A DNA stretch of 64,000 nucleotides from Octopus sinensis (Eukaryota), in the NCBI RefSeq assembly GCF_006345805.1, contig NC_043010.1:16988001-17052000 (forward strand), written 5' to 3'. The translations under genes were made by a program, and so were the position numbers. The notes under the pieces were generated by a model, which worked only from the letters and a program-made list of their open reading frames with translations, did not search any database and was not told the DNA's origin. Positions 1 to 13,904 of this stretch are shown piece by piece; positions within the stretch are counted from its first letter, which is position 1; every line of letters starts with the position of its first letter.

Positions 1-406
1 ACATGAAGACAGACGAAATACTGCTAAGCATTTCGCCCGGCGTGCTAACGATTCTACCAGCTTGCCGCCTTACCAGCTTGCCGCCTTATATCGAGAACAA
101 GTATTCCCCCAACCGCATGCAAAGCAGTAGTTATGGTAGTGTTAATATACTTAATGCTAGGCGTATTAAATATTAAACTAAAAGTGATTATGAAGTGGGG
201 ATCATGTTTTGGTTTATTGAGGTCATCCTTGTTAGAGAGAGCAATAGAGAAAGTGAAACAGATGACACTTTATATAATGTTGAAAAACTCTTTGCTTCTG
301 ATCATCCATGCATATACGTTCTCTGTCTGACATACGCAAACATACAAGTAACATGCGCACATAAACATAAATGTAAAACATATAATACTATACATATGTG
401 TGTGTA

Positions 407-488
<82 letters not shown>

Positions 489-513
489 CTGTTACTTTCT
501 CAGATGCAGCACG

Positions 514-567
514 AATTTGTCAGTGAACAAGTCGCGGTCTCAAAGCGACGAAAAATTTTGACAAATT
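514..567 (+). ncRNA. Hammerhead-ribozyme-like motif with G3:C8 swapped core
   Basis: Stem I AATTTGTCA/TGACAAATT, core GTGAACA, extra A, stem II GTCGC/GCGAC, GAAA, minimal stem III. Confidence 0.6.
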
Positions 568-693
568 AATTTAAACGTTGAAGTGACTCTAACGGTTTTT
601 GTGTGTTTCTTAAATGGCTTATAAACACCTTCCACGCTGCAATTGTTATATATGTATGTATGTAGTATGTATGTATGTATGTATGTATGTATA

Positions 694-743
<50 letters not shown>

Positions 744-1254
744 AAAGCCGCCCCCAATAGGGCGGCTTTTGAGCAAGTTTGTAGCGTTTTAAGATACTGA
801 CCCCGAATGGTAAGATCTGCAAACAGATCACTGACTTGCTTTAGAGAATTTGTTGTAATTGCTTCCTCCAATAAAGATAAATTGTTTTTCTATTCCAAAG
901 AAAAACGATTTTATGCACACAATAGATTTTTGTAATTTTTTCCAGACTTATAAACACGCCCTGATACCGTCGGTATCTACATATCAAATTTGAGCGCAAT
1001 CGGATGGAGGATGCCCAAGAGGTAATTAAAAAGAAAAAGAAAAATTTTAAAGAGAGAGAGAGAGAGAGTGAGAGAGAGAGAAAGAAAAACAGAAAGGAAG
1101 AAAGGAAAACAAGCAAGAAAGGACGCAGGAGCGAGAAAGGGCGGAAGGGGGAGGGAAAGATGAAAGGAAGATGACCCTTTGCCTCGAATGCGTCTTTGAG
1201 CCTCTTCTTTGGTTCACTGGGCGACCCAGTGCCAAGCACAAGTGCACCAAACAT

Positions 1255-1263
1255 AATATATAC

Positions 1264-1295
<32 letters not shown>

Positions 1296-1469
1296 CACAA
1301 ACACACACCACACACATGTAATATAATATATATTAGATTATAATATATACACACCTATATATATATACATATATAACATATATATAAAATATCTATATAT
1401 ATAATATATATATATATATTACACACATATATATAGATACATATATATACATTTATATACATTATATTA

Positions 1470-1502
<33 letters not shown>

Positions 1503-1790
1503 TATATATATATATATACATATATTATATATATACACCATAATATATATGCATATATATACATTATATATACATACATAATACATATACATTATATATA
1601 TATATATATATACTATATACATATATATATATCTATATACATATATATATATATATACATATATATATACACATATATATATATAGCATATATATACATA
1701 TATATACATATTAATATATATATATATATATCACATATATATACATAGATATACATACATATATATACATACATATACATATATATATAT
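1255..1790. repeat. Degenerate (TA)n microsatellite
   Basis: Directly visible. Confidence 0.95.
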
Positions 1791-2297
1791 TCTCCACAGT
1801 ACGTGTGTACGTGTGTGTGAGTGTGTTACCTCATTCTTGTAACGCACTAATTTGACCGATATTTTATCTTGTACTCTTACCACTTGGTCACATTCTCAAG
1901 TGCAAACAGGTGATTGCTGATGTCGAATCACATATACACGTGCGCACATACTCCTACACACACACACACACAGACACACACAACACGCGCGCGTGTGTGC
2001 GTGTCTGTATGCGTGTGGGTATGTATGTACTTTCTATGAATATATACGTAAAGTGTATATATATATATATATACACACGCGTACTGACAAAGACACACGC
2101 ACTGTGGAGAAAAGAGAAAAAAATGTCCTCGATAATTTTTAGAGCAATTTCTGTCAATATTCTTATATTTCGTTCGAGCGTAAAATGTTCGACTTTAGGG
2201 AGATATTGTGGTAGTGATGGACAAACACATACAAATATTACTTGTCAGTACACCTACAGCATTTTTACTTATATATATATATATATATATATATATA

Positions 2298-2544
2298 CTC
2301 TTTTGCTTGTTTCAGTCATTTGACTGCGGCCATACTTGTTTCAGCCATTTGACTGCGGCCATGCTGGAGCACCGCCTTTAATCGAGCAACTCGACCTCAG
2401 GACTTATTCTTTGTAAGCCCAGTACTTATTCTATCGGTCTCTTTGCCGAACCGCTAAGTGACGGGGACATAAACACACCAGCATCGGCTGTCAAGCGATG
2501 TTGGGGGGACAAACACAGACATACAAACTCACACATACACACAC

Positions 2545-2583
<39 letters not shown>

Positions 2584-2765
2584 ATATATATATACATATA
2601 TACGACGGGCTTCTCTTCAGTTTCCGTCTACCAAATCCACTCACAAGGCTTTGGTCGGCCCGAGGCTATAGTAGAAGACACTTGCCAAGCTGCCACGCAG
2701 TGGGACTGAACCCGGAACCATGTGGTGGATAAACAAGCTACTAATACCACACACCCACTTCTGCT
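2298..2765 (-). mobile_element. tRNA-derived SINE, family A (internal microsatellite)
   Basis: Head GTGTGGT..GTAGCTTG..GGTTCCGGGTTCAGTCCC, tail GCATGGCCGCAGTCAAATGACTGAAACAAG. Many copies in the window. Confidence 0.85.
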
Positions 2766-3705
2766 ACGTATATATTCACAGAAAGTACATGCATACCCAC
2801 ACGCATGCAGACACGCACACACACGCACATATACACACACGCGCGCACACACTCGTTTATAAGACATTCCTTAACAAGTGCGAGGCGCAGTTGAGCTAAT
2901 GAAGACTCTTTGCTTTGAACTTGTTCATAGTCAATCGATTTGGTAGATATAGCAGTCAAATCTTCCTTAAATCAAACCTTACTGTTGTAAATACGGCTAG
3001 GACACATTAAATAACGTAGTCCAAGATACATGATGACCTGGAAAAATACGACGGCATAAACACAGCTTGAATCGTTTCGAGTTGAACTCGAACTCACCCG
3101 ACATCGTACAACAATTAGGAAGTGAACATCGAGAGGTTTAAACCTAACATTTTGAATATGCAAGGTGGACATAGACATAAAAGAAGATAATTGAGATGGA
3201 CATCAACACCGTAGGGAATTCATGTTCAAATATATCAGTTCTCCTTCCACGCTGATACATATTGACCTCACACATGCAGCAAACTCGAGATTAGACAAAA
3301 TGACGAAAGGAAATATGGCGAAGAATATCTATAAAACTTTACGTCTTCTTCGACCGGTCTTAAATGCTATGGTTAGAATGATATAGACTTTTCTGAGTAA
3401 CAACTAACCTGACAGTCTAACATCGGCTTCCAAATGTAGAGATATAACAGTGGAAGATGTTAGAAAACTGCTACGATATGTCGACTTTATGTTAGATGTC
3501 TGCCAGGAAATTTGAGATCTGCGGTCCAGGCATCATGAGGACAAAACAAGTCTATCGTTCTTGGAGACCTCTCTGCCAGAAGAGTTTATGAACAAGAACA
3601 GCGTATATCCCGCCTTTACACAGTTGTGTCAGTAAATATAAAAAATAAATCCATAATCCGTTGGGAGACAGAGAAATCAGACATGGCTGATCATTTGTGG
3701 AATTG

Positions 3706-4007
3706 TGGAGGCACATGGCCTAGTGGTTAGAGCAGCGGACTCGCGGTCGAGGGATCGCGGGTTCGAATCTCAGACCGGACGATGTGTGTGTTTATGAGCG
3801 AAAAACCTAAGCTCCACGCGGCTCCGGCAGAAGGTAATGGCGAAACTTCTGCTGACTCTTTCGCCACAACTTTCTCTCACTCTTTCCTCCTGCATCTTGC
3901 AGCTCACCTGCGACGGACCGGCGTCCCGTCCAGGTGGAGAACATATACGCCAAGAAACCGGGAAACCGGCCCTTATGAGCCAGGCATGGCTCGAGAAGGA
4001 ACAAACA
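3706..4007 (+). mobile_element. tRNA-derived SINE, family B
   Basis: A box TGGCCTAGTGG and B box GGTTCGAATCT. Copies at 55195-55487 (-) and 30005-30270 (+). Confidence 0.85.
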
Positions 4008-4452
4008 AAATAAAAAAATTGTGGAATTAATAATTAGGAAACATAATTTGGCGTTGACAACCGCTTAAACCAACAAGCATATACGATTATAAACATTCGA
4101 CTATAAAGTAAAGTTCCTAATTTCTATTTCGTAAATGTCCTACAAGACAATGGATTAGTGGATATAATTGAAGGTTTAAGTGTTTAAGCGTGAGTTCAGT
4201 TCCCGGGTCAGCTAAGCCCCAGATAATCTCGTTAAAGCCTAATAAATCAGTACACTAAATAGCAAGGCTGTGAACAACAGATGGTGACCCCCGGAGATTT
4301 CATGAAGAGTTTCATTCTAAATAGCGGTTTGGATATTACCAAATACGGGGTTCGAATACATGTGGAAAAAAGGGCGATTAGGTGTGAATATATCGGTGTT
4401 ATTTCAAGTAATTAGGAATGCAAAAATGGTTAGAGACGAAACATTGTCTTAC

Positions 4453-4512
4453 CTGTTTCGAATATGACTTCGGCAATGTATAACGCTTCTCTCAATGTCA
4501 AACCTGCGGGAA
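4453..4512 (-). CDS. ARG: Arginase coding exon 8 (VPAGLTLREALYIAEVIFETG); final exon not found in window
   Basis: tttccccAG acceptor, GTAAGA donor, 60 nt. GLTxRE motif. Confidence 0.94.
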
Positions 4513-5021
4513 CTGGGGAAAGGAAAAAGATATATACATATAAGGCAACGCCACTTTTTGTTTCGCGATTCTGTTACGATGTTGGAATGGGACATTCATT
4601 GGTTGTGATGGCTGTCACAATAGAGAAACTGAGAAAGACTTAAAAGGAGAAGGCGGGAAAATCCTGGAAGGACATGACCATTGAAATTTATCCCCAAAAC
4701 AGGTCGCCACTGCATAGTGACAAAGATTCACTCCTTGCCATCGAAATACAGGGTAAGATATTGCAATAGCTTGAGATTGGAACGGTCCCTATCTCTTCAA
4801 TATCCTTCCAAAACAGAAATTAATCTATTACTATCAAGAGTCTCGGATGAAACAACTCCAGTATGGTCACAAAGCTGATAGGAAGGAGACTGAGAAAGAG
4901 GTCGTGGAACAAAACCAGTCAAACAGTCTTTTTACGCAAGATTTTGACATAAATCACACATGACATATCCAGTAAGTTTGCTCCAAAGACATTGTCAAAG
5001 CAATAGAAAAATATAATTCCT

Positions 5022-5240
5022 AAGGCGGCGAATTGGCAGAAATGTTAGCACGCCGGGCGAAATGCCTAGCGGTATTTCGTCTGTCTTTACGTTCTGAGTT
5101 CAAATTCCGCCGAGGTCGACTTTGCCTTTCATCCTTTCGGGGTCGATAAATTAAGTACCAGTTGCGTACTGGGGTCGATTTAATCGACTGCCCCCCCCGC
5201 AAAAAAAAAATTTCGGGCCTTGTGCCTAGAGTAGAAAAGA
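5022..5240 (+). mobile_element. SINE family D
   Basis: GGCGGCGAATTGGCAGAAATGTTAGC..GAGTTCAAATTCC. Copies at 1-86, 30280-30480, 36055-36278, 43930-44250, 53580-53790, 62370-62560 and 62805-63007. Confidence 0.82.
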
Positions 5241-5289
5241 AATATATAATTCCTAGGGATATGCGGATACTAATGAGACGACAATAAAA

Positions 5290-6220
5290 ATTTTAAAAAC
5301 GGTGTAAATGGACCGCTAAAGGATAGCAGACGATCCTATCTTAAGCAAACATTGCTTGAGATCGAAAGTGACTCCCATCAAAAATAGAGGGTAAAAAAAG
5401 GAGCCAGGGCTGTCAAACATGTAAAGACAAACCCTAAAGCCTTATATAGACATGCAAAAGCGTCTGTTTCAGTAGAGTACAAGATAGGGCCACTGTTCGA
5501 AGAAAGTGGAGTGCCTCAGAGAAATGTATTGGGACCGTTAATGCTCATGGTGACCCTTTTAGACATGCCATGGGTTGCACAGGGAGCCACACTCACTAGC
5601 TTATTCCGACGACACAAAGTAGTACAAGTGGTCAAGGCAATTTCTGATGCTAATCTTCCACAAAAAGACCGAGATGCCATATATAAAGGGACCGAAGAAA
5701 ACAGTTTAATGGAACAGCTGAGCTACTGGGAGAGACTGAAAGAGCTACGGCTCTTATTCCCTGCAGCGAAGACGGGAAAGGTATGCAGTGATATATGTAT
5801 GGAGGATCCTGAGGGGGTTGGCACCAAACTTTGGTATCTACAGCTATACCATCCTCAGAACTGGACGTCACTGCAGAGTTCCAAAGGTCCAAGTTATCCT
5901 GTCTAGAGTGAGAATCATGTACTGCGATAGCTTGGGATTCAAGGGTCCACAGCTATTTAACGCCTTGCCGAACATCTGAGGGATCTTTACGGAGTAGGAG
6001 AAGCTGTTTTTAAGAAATAACTTGACCTCCTGCCATCCAAGGTCCCAGAGGAACCAATATTAAGACAAGAGACTCGAAAGAGGGTAGCAATGTCGCACTC
6101 CCTCCTTCATCAAAAGCCAATCACATAAGATTGGCCATTGGAAAGGTGATTACATTGGCAGTACTCCAGCATAGCCACAGCCTAAGGGCTGAAACATGTA
6201 GAAATGTAGAAGAATAAAAG
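5290..6220 (+). mobile_element. CR1/L2-type LINE 3' remnant
   Basis: GVPQRNVLGPL RT motif, LSYWERLKEL, IYVWRILRGLAPNFG, GPQLFNALP. A related fragment lies at about 4660-4880. Confidence 0.8.
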
Positions 6221-6573
6221 AATACTTTAAACAATTCTTCAAACTTTCATAATTTAGAAATCAGTTGAAAAAAACCTTTTGTAATCTATTCTCTGCTAGA
6301 ATTATAATTATTAACATATCGTATATGTGAATGTGTGTGTGTGTGTGTGTAGTACAAGTTTGTTTTTAAACTGGGGTGTAAAAACGCAACAAACAGGGTG
6401 TATTAAGTTGATGCTCAGGGAAATTAGGATGAGTCTTCAACGTTTCGAGCCGACGTTCTTCTACGGAAAGGGTTTCTATATAAATTCTTTAGATTTTGGA
6501 ATGCTAAGCTCGCCACGATTCTGCATGATGTGCAAATGAAGCGACAGCCTGGATTATGTTGGTTCAGACTTAC

Positions 6574-6650
6574 CTGGTGTACCAGTACTCGGTGCCACGA
6601 TAGGATCCATGCTGTCTATGTCAAAACTGACGTGAATTGGTCGGTCTTTC
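6574..6650 (-). CDS. ARG: Arginase coding exon 7 (KDRPIHVSFDIDSMDPIVAPSTGTP)
   Basis: ctctttcAG acceptor, GTAAGT donor, 77 nt. SFDID metal-binding motif and TGTP. Confidence 0.96.
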
Positions 6651-6743
6651 CTGAAAGAGGTTATCAAAATCAGTTTCGTATATTCAGATATTTATCCATC
6701 TATCATATCATATATATATAAGCATATATGTATGTATGTATTA

Positions 6744-6971
6744 TCAGAAACCTGGATGGTTGTACATTTACAGATTTTTATTAATATATCACATGTTTTT
6801 ATAAATCATATATTAGCGCTTGCATCTACTAGAGTAGATGCAAGCGCTAATATATGATTTATAAAAACATGTGACATTAATAAAAATCTGTAAATGTACA
6901 ACCATCCAGATTTCTGAGTACCTTATTTTTTTCTAATATATAATACCTGTACATCACCTCCAAACCATCGC

Positions 6972-6972
<1 letters not shown>
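6744..6972. repeat. Fold-back palindrome plus tail
   Basis: Near-perfect hairpin 6744-6917 with apex at 6831-6832. The same family occurs inverted at 24361-24559. Confidence 0.85.
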
Positions 6973-7003
<31 letters not shown>

Positions 7004-7613
7004 TATATATATTATATATATATATATATATAATATATATATATATACAGAGAGAGAGGGGGGGAGAGAAAGAGAATGACAAGGTAGTCAGAATGTTGGA
7101 TGATTACATATATTTTTTCGTACATTTTTAACGCTTTCTTCCGTTATCGAATTTATCAAAAGAGTGGTTTACAGTAAGTTTGCTTCACCATTTTATATAA
7201 AATTGAAACTGATGATGTTTTAGAAAAGGAGAGAGGGGAGGGGGGAGAGAGAAGAACAAATTAGAAAGGAATGTTCACGGGTGAGAGAGGAGGAGAGAAT
7301 GGGAGATAGTGAGGATAGAGAAGAGAAAAGAACGGAGTGGATTTGGGGACTATATTCTTACTTTGGGGGGAGGGTGTTGCGAAGGGAGGGAAAAGAAAGA
7401 GGAAAATAGTTTGAGAAGGAGGTGGAAGTAAAGGAGGCGTGGCTTTTGTATCAGTGTGGTCAGACTTGTTTGATTACGATTCAATATGCTGTTTTCTTTT
7501 TCCCACTTAGTGACCTTTTGGGTTGGGATGTAGCAATGTTTCTAACACCCTAGTCACATTTAGTGACGATTATAATTTTCTTATTGGTGCTGTTTACATT
7601 AATTTTATGTATG

Positions 7614-7649
<36 letters not shown>

Positions 7650-7717
7650 TGTATGTATGTATGTATGTATGTATGTATGTATGCATGTATGTATGTATGT
7701 ATGTATGTATGTATAAA

Positions 7718-8023
7718 CTAGCAGTATCGCCCGGCGTTGCTCGGGTTTGTAAGGGAAATAACTATATAAGCATTTGTAGAGAGTTACTTCCCTTATATAA
7801 CCCGAGCAAAAATCATTAAAAATGCGGAAAAATGATGGTAATTTTTTTTTAAATCGTAGACTCATCGTAGACGCGCGCTAATACCCAGAAGGGCTCGATA
7901 TGAATGACAACTATAAGATACCCGCTTTTGGTTAAACTGCACCGCAAAATGTTGGAGTAGTTAGGAATCTAAATCGGAGGAGACAGAGTCTCACACACAC
8001 AACTTCAATTTTATATATAAAGA
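7718..8023 (-). mobile_element. Non-autonomous Helitron
   Basis: On the minus strand: A|TCTTTATATATAAAA 5' end and CCCGAGCAACGCCGGGCGATACTGCTAG|T 3' end. Confidence 0.88.
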
Positions 8024-8800
8024 TTTACAATGAATTTGAGAAAATAAATAGCAGAAGAATAGAATCTAGGAGATTCATATTTATCCTTATGAGAAAGAGA
8101 TGTGAGTCAAGTTAGATATTAACCAAAAGTTATAGTTAATATCTAACTTGACTCTCTGTTGTATAACCCCAGGAGACATCGTCTCCAGTTGACTATACGA
8201 CACACTATCTGTTATTTTAAAGTGTTGCTACTGAATATTTGATCATTCACGGTAAAATCAAATTCATTTCTACCAAATTCTTTTCTACTATTTACTCTTT
8301 CATAATAATATTATCTTTGTTCTATCTGATTTTTTATTCCAAATTACCTAATTAATTATGTTAAATTGGGTTCTTTCTTTTTCGGCGACTTTTAAAATCT
8401 TAGCGTTTTCTCTTCCGTTTCACATTGACATTTTGAAGGTTCACTTTGCTGCTCTGATTAGAAAAGCTTTTGTAAAATTTTCCTATTATTTGTGCAATGT
8501 TTATTACTGTTAGAATAAGCCACGTGGATCCTATGTTTATTAAAAATTCTATATCTATGATTTATAGGGAAACACTTTTTTTTATTGCTATATTGAACAA
8601 CTTGGAAAAATTATCATTTACCAAATGGAATAATTAACCACAAAGTATTTTTTTTTAGTTATAATTATTATTATCATAATCTTGATGTTTATACCAGCTT
8701 TTGAAAGAGTAAGTATTCTTCGGTTTAATGGAGCCGTTTATAAAAACCATTGTATATATGTACGTAAACACGCGTGCGTGCGTATATATATATATATATA

Positions 8801-8844
<44 letters not shown>

Positions 8845-8969
8845 GTCCCGGGTTGAGTCGGGGTTAACCACAGTAAATAAGGTACTCAATACATAGCAGA
8901 GTAAATTAATTTATTTTATAGAAGGAGCTTCTATAGGACTAGAACTGTTTCATTCAAAAGAAATCATCA

Positions 8970-9024
8970 GGAGCTTCCTGATGATTTCTTTTGAATGAAA
9001 CAGTTCTAGTCCTGTAGAAGCTCC
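8970..9024 (+). ncRNA. Type I hammerhead ribozyme
   Basis: Stem I GGAGCTTC/GAAGCTCC, CTGATGA, stem II TTC-TTTT-GAA, GAAA, stem III ACAG/CTGT, GUA triplet (cut predicted after 9016). Confidence 0.8.
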
Positions 9025-9546
9025 TTCTATAAAATAAATATATATATATATATGTATATATATATAATCATATCAAAGGGAAATGGAATTTAATTAAAAT
9101 TAAAATATTCAATCAAAATTTACATTTCCAGTGGTCTAACGTGCAAAAAAAAAATTAGTCAAGAAGACTATATATTAGTCATACGATATAGTGTATATTT
9201 ATACACATAAGGAATCCACTTAACGTGAATTCAACATATTAGAAAGAACAGCTAGGTTCTGTAAACCACAAAAATAACGGATAAAATTCGACAGGCACCA
9301 TGGAGAGGTATGAGTAAGGTAAACGATTACGGACGAAATCCTAATAACTATTGAAACCATTAACTAATCTACGTGTAGGAAAGGAAACAAAAGTGAGTCA
9401 ATCCCAAGTAAGACTATCACGTGGTACGTAGAGTGCAAACGTAGAACCGCAAACGTACAGCGAACCGGCTAACAGTTTTGGGGGCCCGTTTTTATGGAGT
9501 GGTTTATAGTTTCAAAAGCAAATAAATAAATAAAACAACTACTTAC

Positions 9547-9651
9547 GTGATGTCAACTAAATCCAAGGCAAGTTTTACAACTTTTGCAATTCCATATTCT
9601 TCAACTTCTTGCATCGAAAAGAATTTCACCCCCAGGTTCTTCATAGTACGT
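9547..9651 (-). CDS. ARG: Arginase coding exon 6 (RTMKNLGVKFFSMQEVEEYGIAKVVKLALDLVDI)
   Basis: cttttAG acceptor, GTAAGT donor, 105 nt, phase 2 to 2. Similar to arginase LGIKYFSMTEVDRLGI. Confidence 0.94.
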
Positions 9652-9785
9652 CTAAAAGATCAAGAAATATGTCAAAACATTATATTTACTAAGGCGAGAA
9701 TCAATGGCACACTTGTATTGCGTGCTTGGCCCTGTATTTTGTACCTAAAATCAGTGGTTAGGGAATTCGGCTAACAATCGTAAGG

Positions 9786-10210
9786 GGGTCTTTTCGGTTT
9801 GAACAGCAGTTTTTTCTAGCGGTGTCATATGAAATTGTCACCCATAATTACGACCCTAGTATCGATCTATTGCATGTCAATCTGTTTTAGGGTTAAGTTA
9901 GTTAGGGTTAGGGGTGGGGGGAAGGGTATCTTCTTTTCTTCACAAATGTAAATAAACCCAATCTGTTTCTTAAACGAGAGACATATTCATACGGCACAGA
10001 ATGTTGTTTACCTCAATGGACGTCAGTGATTGGTTAAAATTGCAAAAATTGAAGAAAAAAACAACAAATATCTTACAAACTATAGAATTTTCTCAATAAA
10101 GCCAAGAGAAAAAGATGTTTTATAAACACATTCTACCAGTATACGAAGTTTAAAAGTGTTTAGTTACCTAGAAATTATGTTAAAAACTGCCGTTCAAACC
10201 AAAAAGATCC
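9786..10210. mobile_element. MITE with about 29-bp TIRs, inserted in a SINE
   Basis: GGGTCTTTTCGGTTTGAACAGCAGTTTTT versus the reverse complement GGATCTTTTTGGTTTGAACGGCAGTTTTT. GTAAGG is repeated in both flanks. Confidence 0.75.
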
Positions 10211-10766
10211 GTGTAAGGTCATCTATTTCACGTTGCTCCAATCCACTTAGCTGGCAAAAAATTACTTATACAGGTATTTCAAAGGGCTGACCTCGTCCCT
10301 TTATGTGTGATGCTGAGTTTCCCAGAGAACTACGTTAAGGGTACGCGTGTCTGTGGGGCATTCAGCCACTTGCCCGTTCATTTCACAAACAGGCTCTTTC
10401 GTTGAACGGATCAACCGGAACTCTCGTCGTCATCGTCGTAAACGACGGAGTACCAGGTTATATCAAACGTATCTCATCCGTGAAGGCGTTGATATAGCTG
10501 TGAGGTCAAGAACTTTGTCCTGCAGCTATGCGATTCCGCGTTCGACTCCACTGCGAAAAAACCAACGACCAAATCTTTGTGAAAGAAATTTGGCAGAAGG
10601 AAACTGCGCACTTCTGCATCAGTAGGCGTTCACATTTATGCTTATTTCCATGTGTGTCTAAACGAGCATATGGAATTGGAAGTAGGTGTGACTGTGTCTG
10701 CAGAAGAAGAAAATGAAGGTGAGCAAGGAGGAGGGGGGGAGGAGGAAAAGTAGGAGGAGTACTTAC

Positions 10767-10823
10767 ATTTCCCCGACGTCAATATCACGAAGTCCAATAT
10801 AAACCACGTCTTTGGCATTGATC
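10767..10823 (-). CDS. ARG: Arginase coding exon 5 (INAKDVVYIGLRDIDVGE)
   Basis: ttttttAG acceptor, GTAAGT donor, 57 nt, phase 2 to 2. YIGLRD motif. Confidence 0.95.
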
Positions 10824-11121
10824 CTAAAAAATAGAATTAAGATTAGATCATGCGTAACCAAAACTTCGAACTCACTATCATGCCCATCTTAAAAAATGTT
10901 TAATATCTTTCATCTTTCATCTGTCACTTGTTTCAGTTACTGCACTGCGGCCATACTGGGGCACCGCCTTGAAGGGTTTTAGTTGAACGAATTGACTCCA
11001 AGACTTGAATTTATTCTATCGATCTCTATGGTGAACCGCTACGTTACGTAAATAAACGAGAGGATGTGGGGGACAAACACAAACGCAAAGACACACTCGT
11101 GTGTGTGTGTGTAAATATGTA

Positions 11122-11230
<109 letters not shown>

Positions 11231-11242
11231 CACATACACACA

Positions 11243-12099
11243 CGAGGTGCATTCCAAATGTTTTGAGAGAGTTACAACTGCTCTAGATTATTCTAGTTTT
11301 GGCATATCCTTACAATACATCTAAAAAGCTGATCTCCTTAATCCAGATTTACAGCATTTGAACGCACTCCACTAAACACTTCTTATTTATTAATCTCTTG
11401 CCGAATGCAGTTGGGACAACTAGATGCTCGGTACGCAATAAAGTTTTGTATTAAACTGGGCAAAGACGCAACAGCAACTTGTGAAATCCTCTAGACAGCT
11501 TATGGATTAGGTTTTGCGCTGTCACAAGGGGTTCAAGGACGATAGAGAGGAGGTGAGAAATGATGAGAGGTGTGAGAGGAAGCGAGACCTCAGAAAATTC
11601 GCTGATTTCTGGATGAAGATCGCCATGTGTCTATAAGGACAATAAGGATACAGTTTGAAGTTGACGTGAAACTTTATACAGAATTATTCTTGAAGATCTG
11701 AACATGTTCAAAATTTGTGGCAAGTTTTTACCTGGGTACACAGTGACGAGCATCCTGGTAACCAGCAACTTGACAGAGAAGGACATCAAAACTGTCCCTT
11801 ACATTCCCTACAATCCATGCCTTATTCCCTGTGACATTTGGGTTGATTCCTAAGCTAAAGGATAACTTCAGGGCCAGTCATTTTGAAGATGAAGGAGGCC
11901 GTGACAAAGGTCCCGAACACCGTCACTTTGGAGAACTTCCACGGGACCCTTCAAAAAATGGCTGGAACACTACAACTTGGAGTGCATTAGGTTCAGAGAG
12001 GATCCTGCTTTGAAGAAGATTTGAAGTTTGTACTTCATTGAAATTAATGTCTTTCTCTCTATCTCTTTCTCGAAAACATCTCAAAACTTCTGGAATGCA

Positions 12100-12102
<3 letters not shown>
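11243..12102 (+). mobile_element. Internally deleted mariner relic
   Basis: Imperfect TIRs (GGTGCATTCCA.A.GTTTTGAGA). Remnants AIKFCIKLGKDAT and PCD.W..PKLK. Confidence 0.8.
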
Positions 12103-12158
<56 letters not shown>

Positions 12159-12869
12159 GTGTGTGTGTGTGTGTATGTGCGTGCGTGCGTAAAGTTTGCT
12201 AAAAGATCAGGTACCTACATTTGGTGGAACCAAGTAATATTGTATACTCACTTTATATTCTTTATGGTATCAGATTGAAGAATATCAAAAATATTCCCAT
12301 AGAAGCCATTTTTCTTGATTCAATATAGAGCATAATCAGAGACATTTGAAACTAAATTGTCTGTACGATCCCTTGAATCTTATCCCAAAGTCTCATTTGG
12401 CATTAAAGAAAAAAGCATTTTTAGTTACATCTAAAGCCTAAATGCTTTTCAGATGAAGTTTTAAATTTATACATACAGAAGATATTTAAAGAACGTGTGC
12501 AATACTTTTCTAACGCTATCTGTATTTTGGGCGGAACTAAACACAAATATTTAAACCTGAAAGACCATCGTTATGATATAACTCTCCAATGACACAAGGA
12601 ACTTTGGTCTTAAGTTGCTCTAAGATATAAAACTTTGTGAAATCTTATTTCTGTTGAAGTACTAACTCCTCTGTGAGTGTCAAAAGGACGCAGGCAGTTT
12701 TTTTTTTAAATCTACAATAACCTGTCAAATAGAATGGAGGCTTTCCTAGATTTTAATATAATACAAGTTTCTAAATCTTAGATCTATCATACGATATATG
12801 TATGTATATGTGTATTGAGAAAGAGAGAGAGACAGACAGACAGACAGAGAGAAGCAAAAAGAGAGTTTA

Positions 12870-13497
<628 letters not shown>

Positions 13498-13554
13498 AAT
13501 AATGCTTAAATTATGCCCCTGTTATCGTTAAATGGTCATGAACGGACAACTTAC

Positions 13555-13823
13555 GAGTGATGTACCCAATTGAACTGCTCAATCTCAGGTAATTGGTTTC
13601 TCATTTCTTCAATCAGATATGCTACAGGCATTCCATGTGCATTACCAGAAGGGGACGTCTTCGGCGAATTAATATCGCTGTGTGCATCTATCCATAGCAG
13701 TACAGGCTTTTCCTTTTCAGCTTCTATCTGGCCGTGCACAGAACCGATCCCGAGACTATGGTCTCCACCCAACACTATCACGTTGTGTCCCTTTCGGCGT
13801 TCCTCTGACACTTTATCAGAAAG
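13555..13823 (-). CDS. ARG: Arginase coding exon 4 (catalytic motifs GGDHS, DAHSD, SGNAHG)
   Basis: tttcAG acceptor, GTAAGT donor, 269 nt. Encodes [22 protein letters not shown] and SGNAHGMP, the hallmark arginase motifs. Confidence 0.97.
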
Positions 13824-13904
13824 CTGAAATCATAGAAGTTACTACGTTACCTTTAGACAATCTATACGTCCAGATGTATATACACCATATATACATACAT
13901 ACAT

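Noticed and set aside
3706-3780. tRNA-like sequences with A and B boxes (also about 18970-19045, 47595-47671, 55415-55487)
   Set aside because: They are heads of multi-copy SINEs that continue into SINE bodies, not stand-alone tRNA genes.
1-4440. Search for the last arginase exon (EVNP-type motif)
   Set aside because: No convincing match by eye. It probably lies left of the window.
9887-9915. TTAGGG-like repeats (also about 30815-30850 and 63840-63915)
   Set aside because: Only a few degenerate units, those at 9887 lying inside a MITE. Not a telomeric array.
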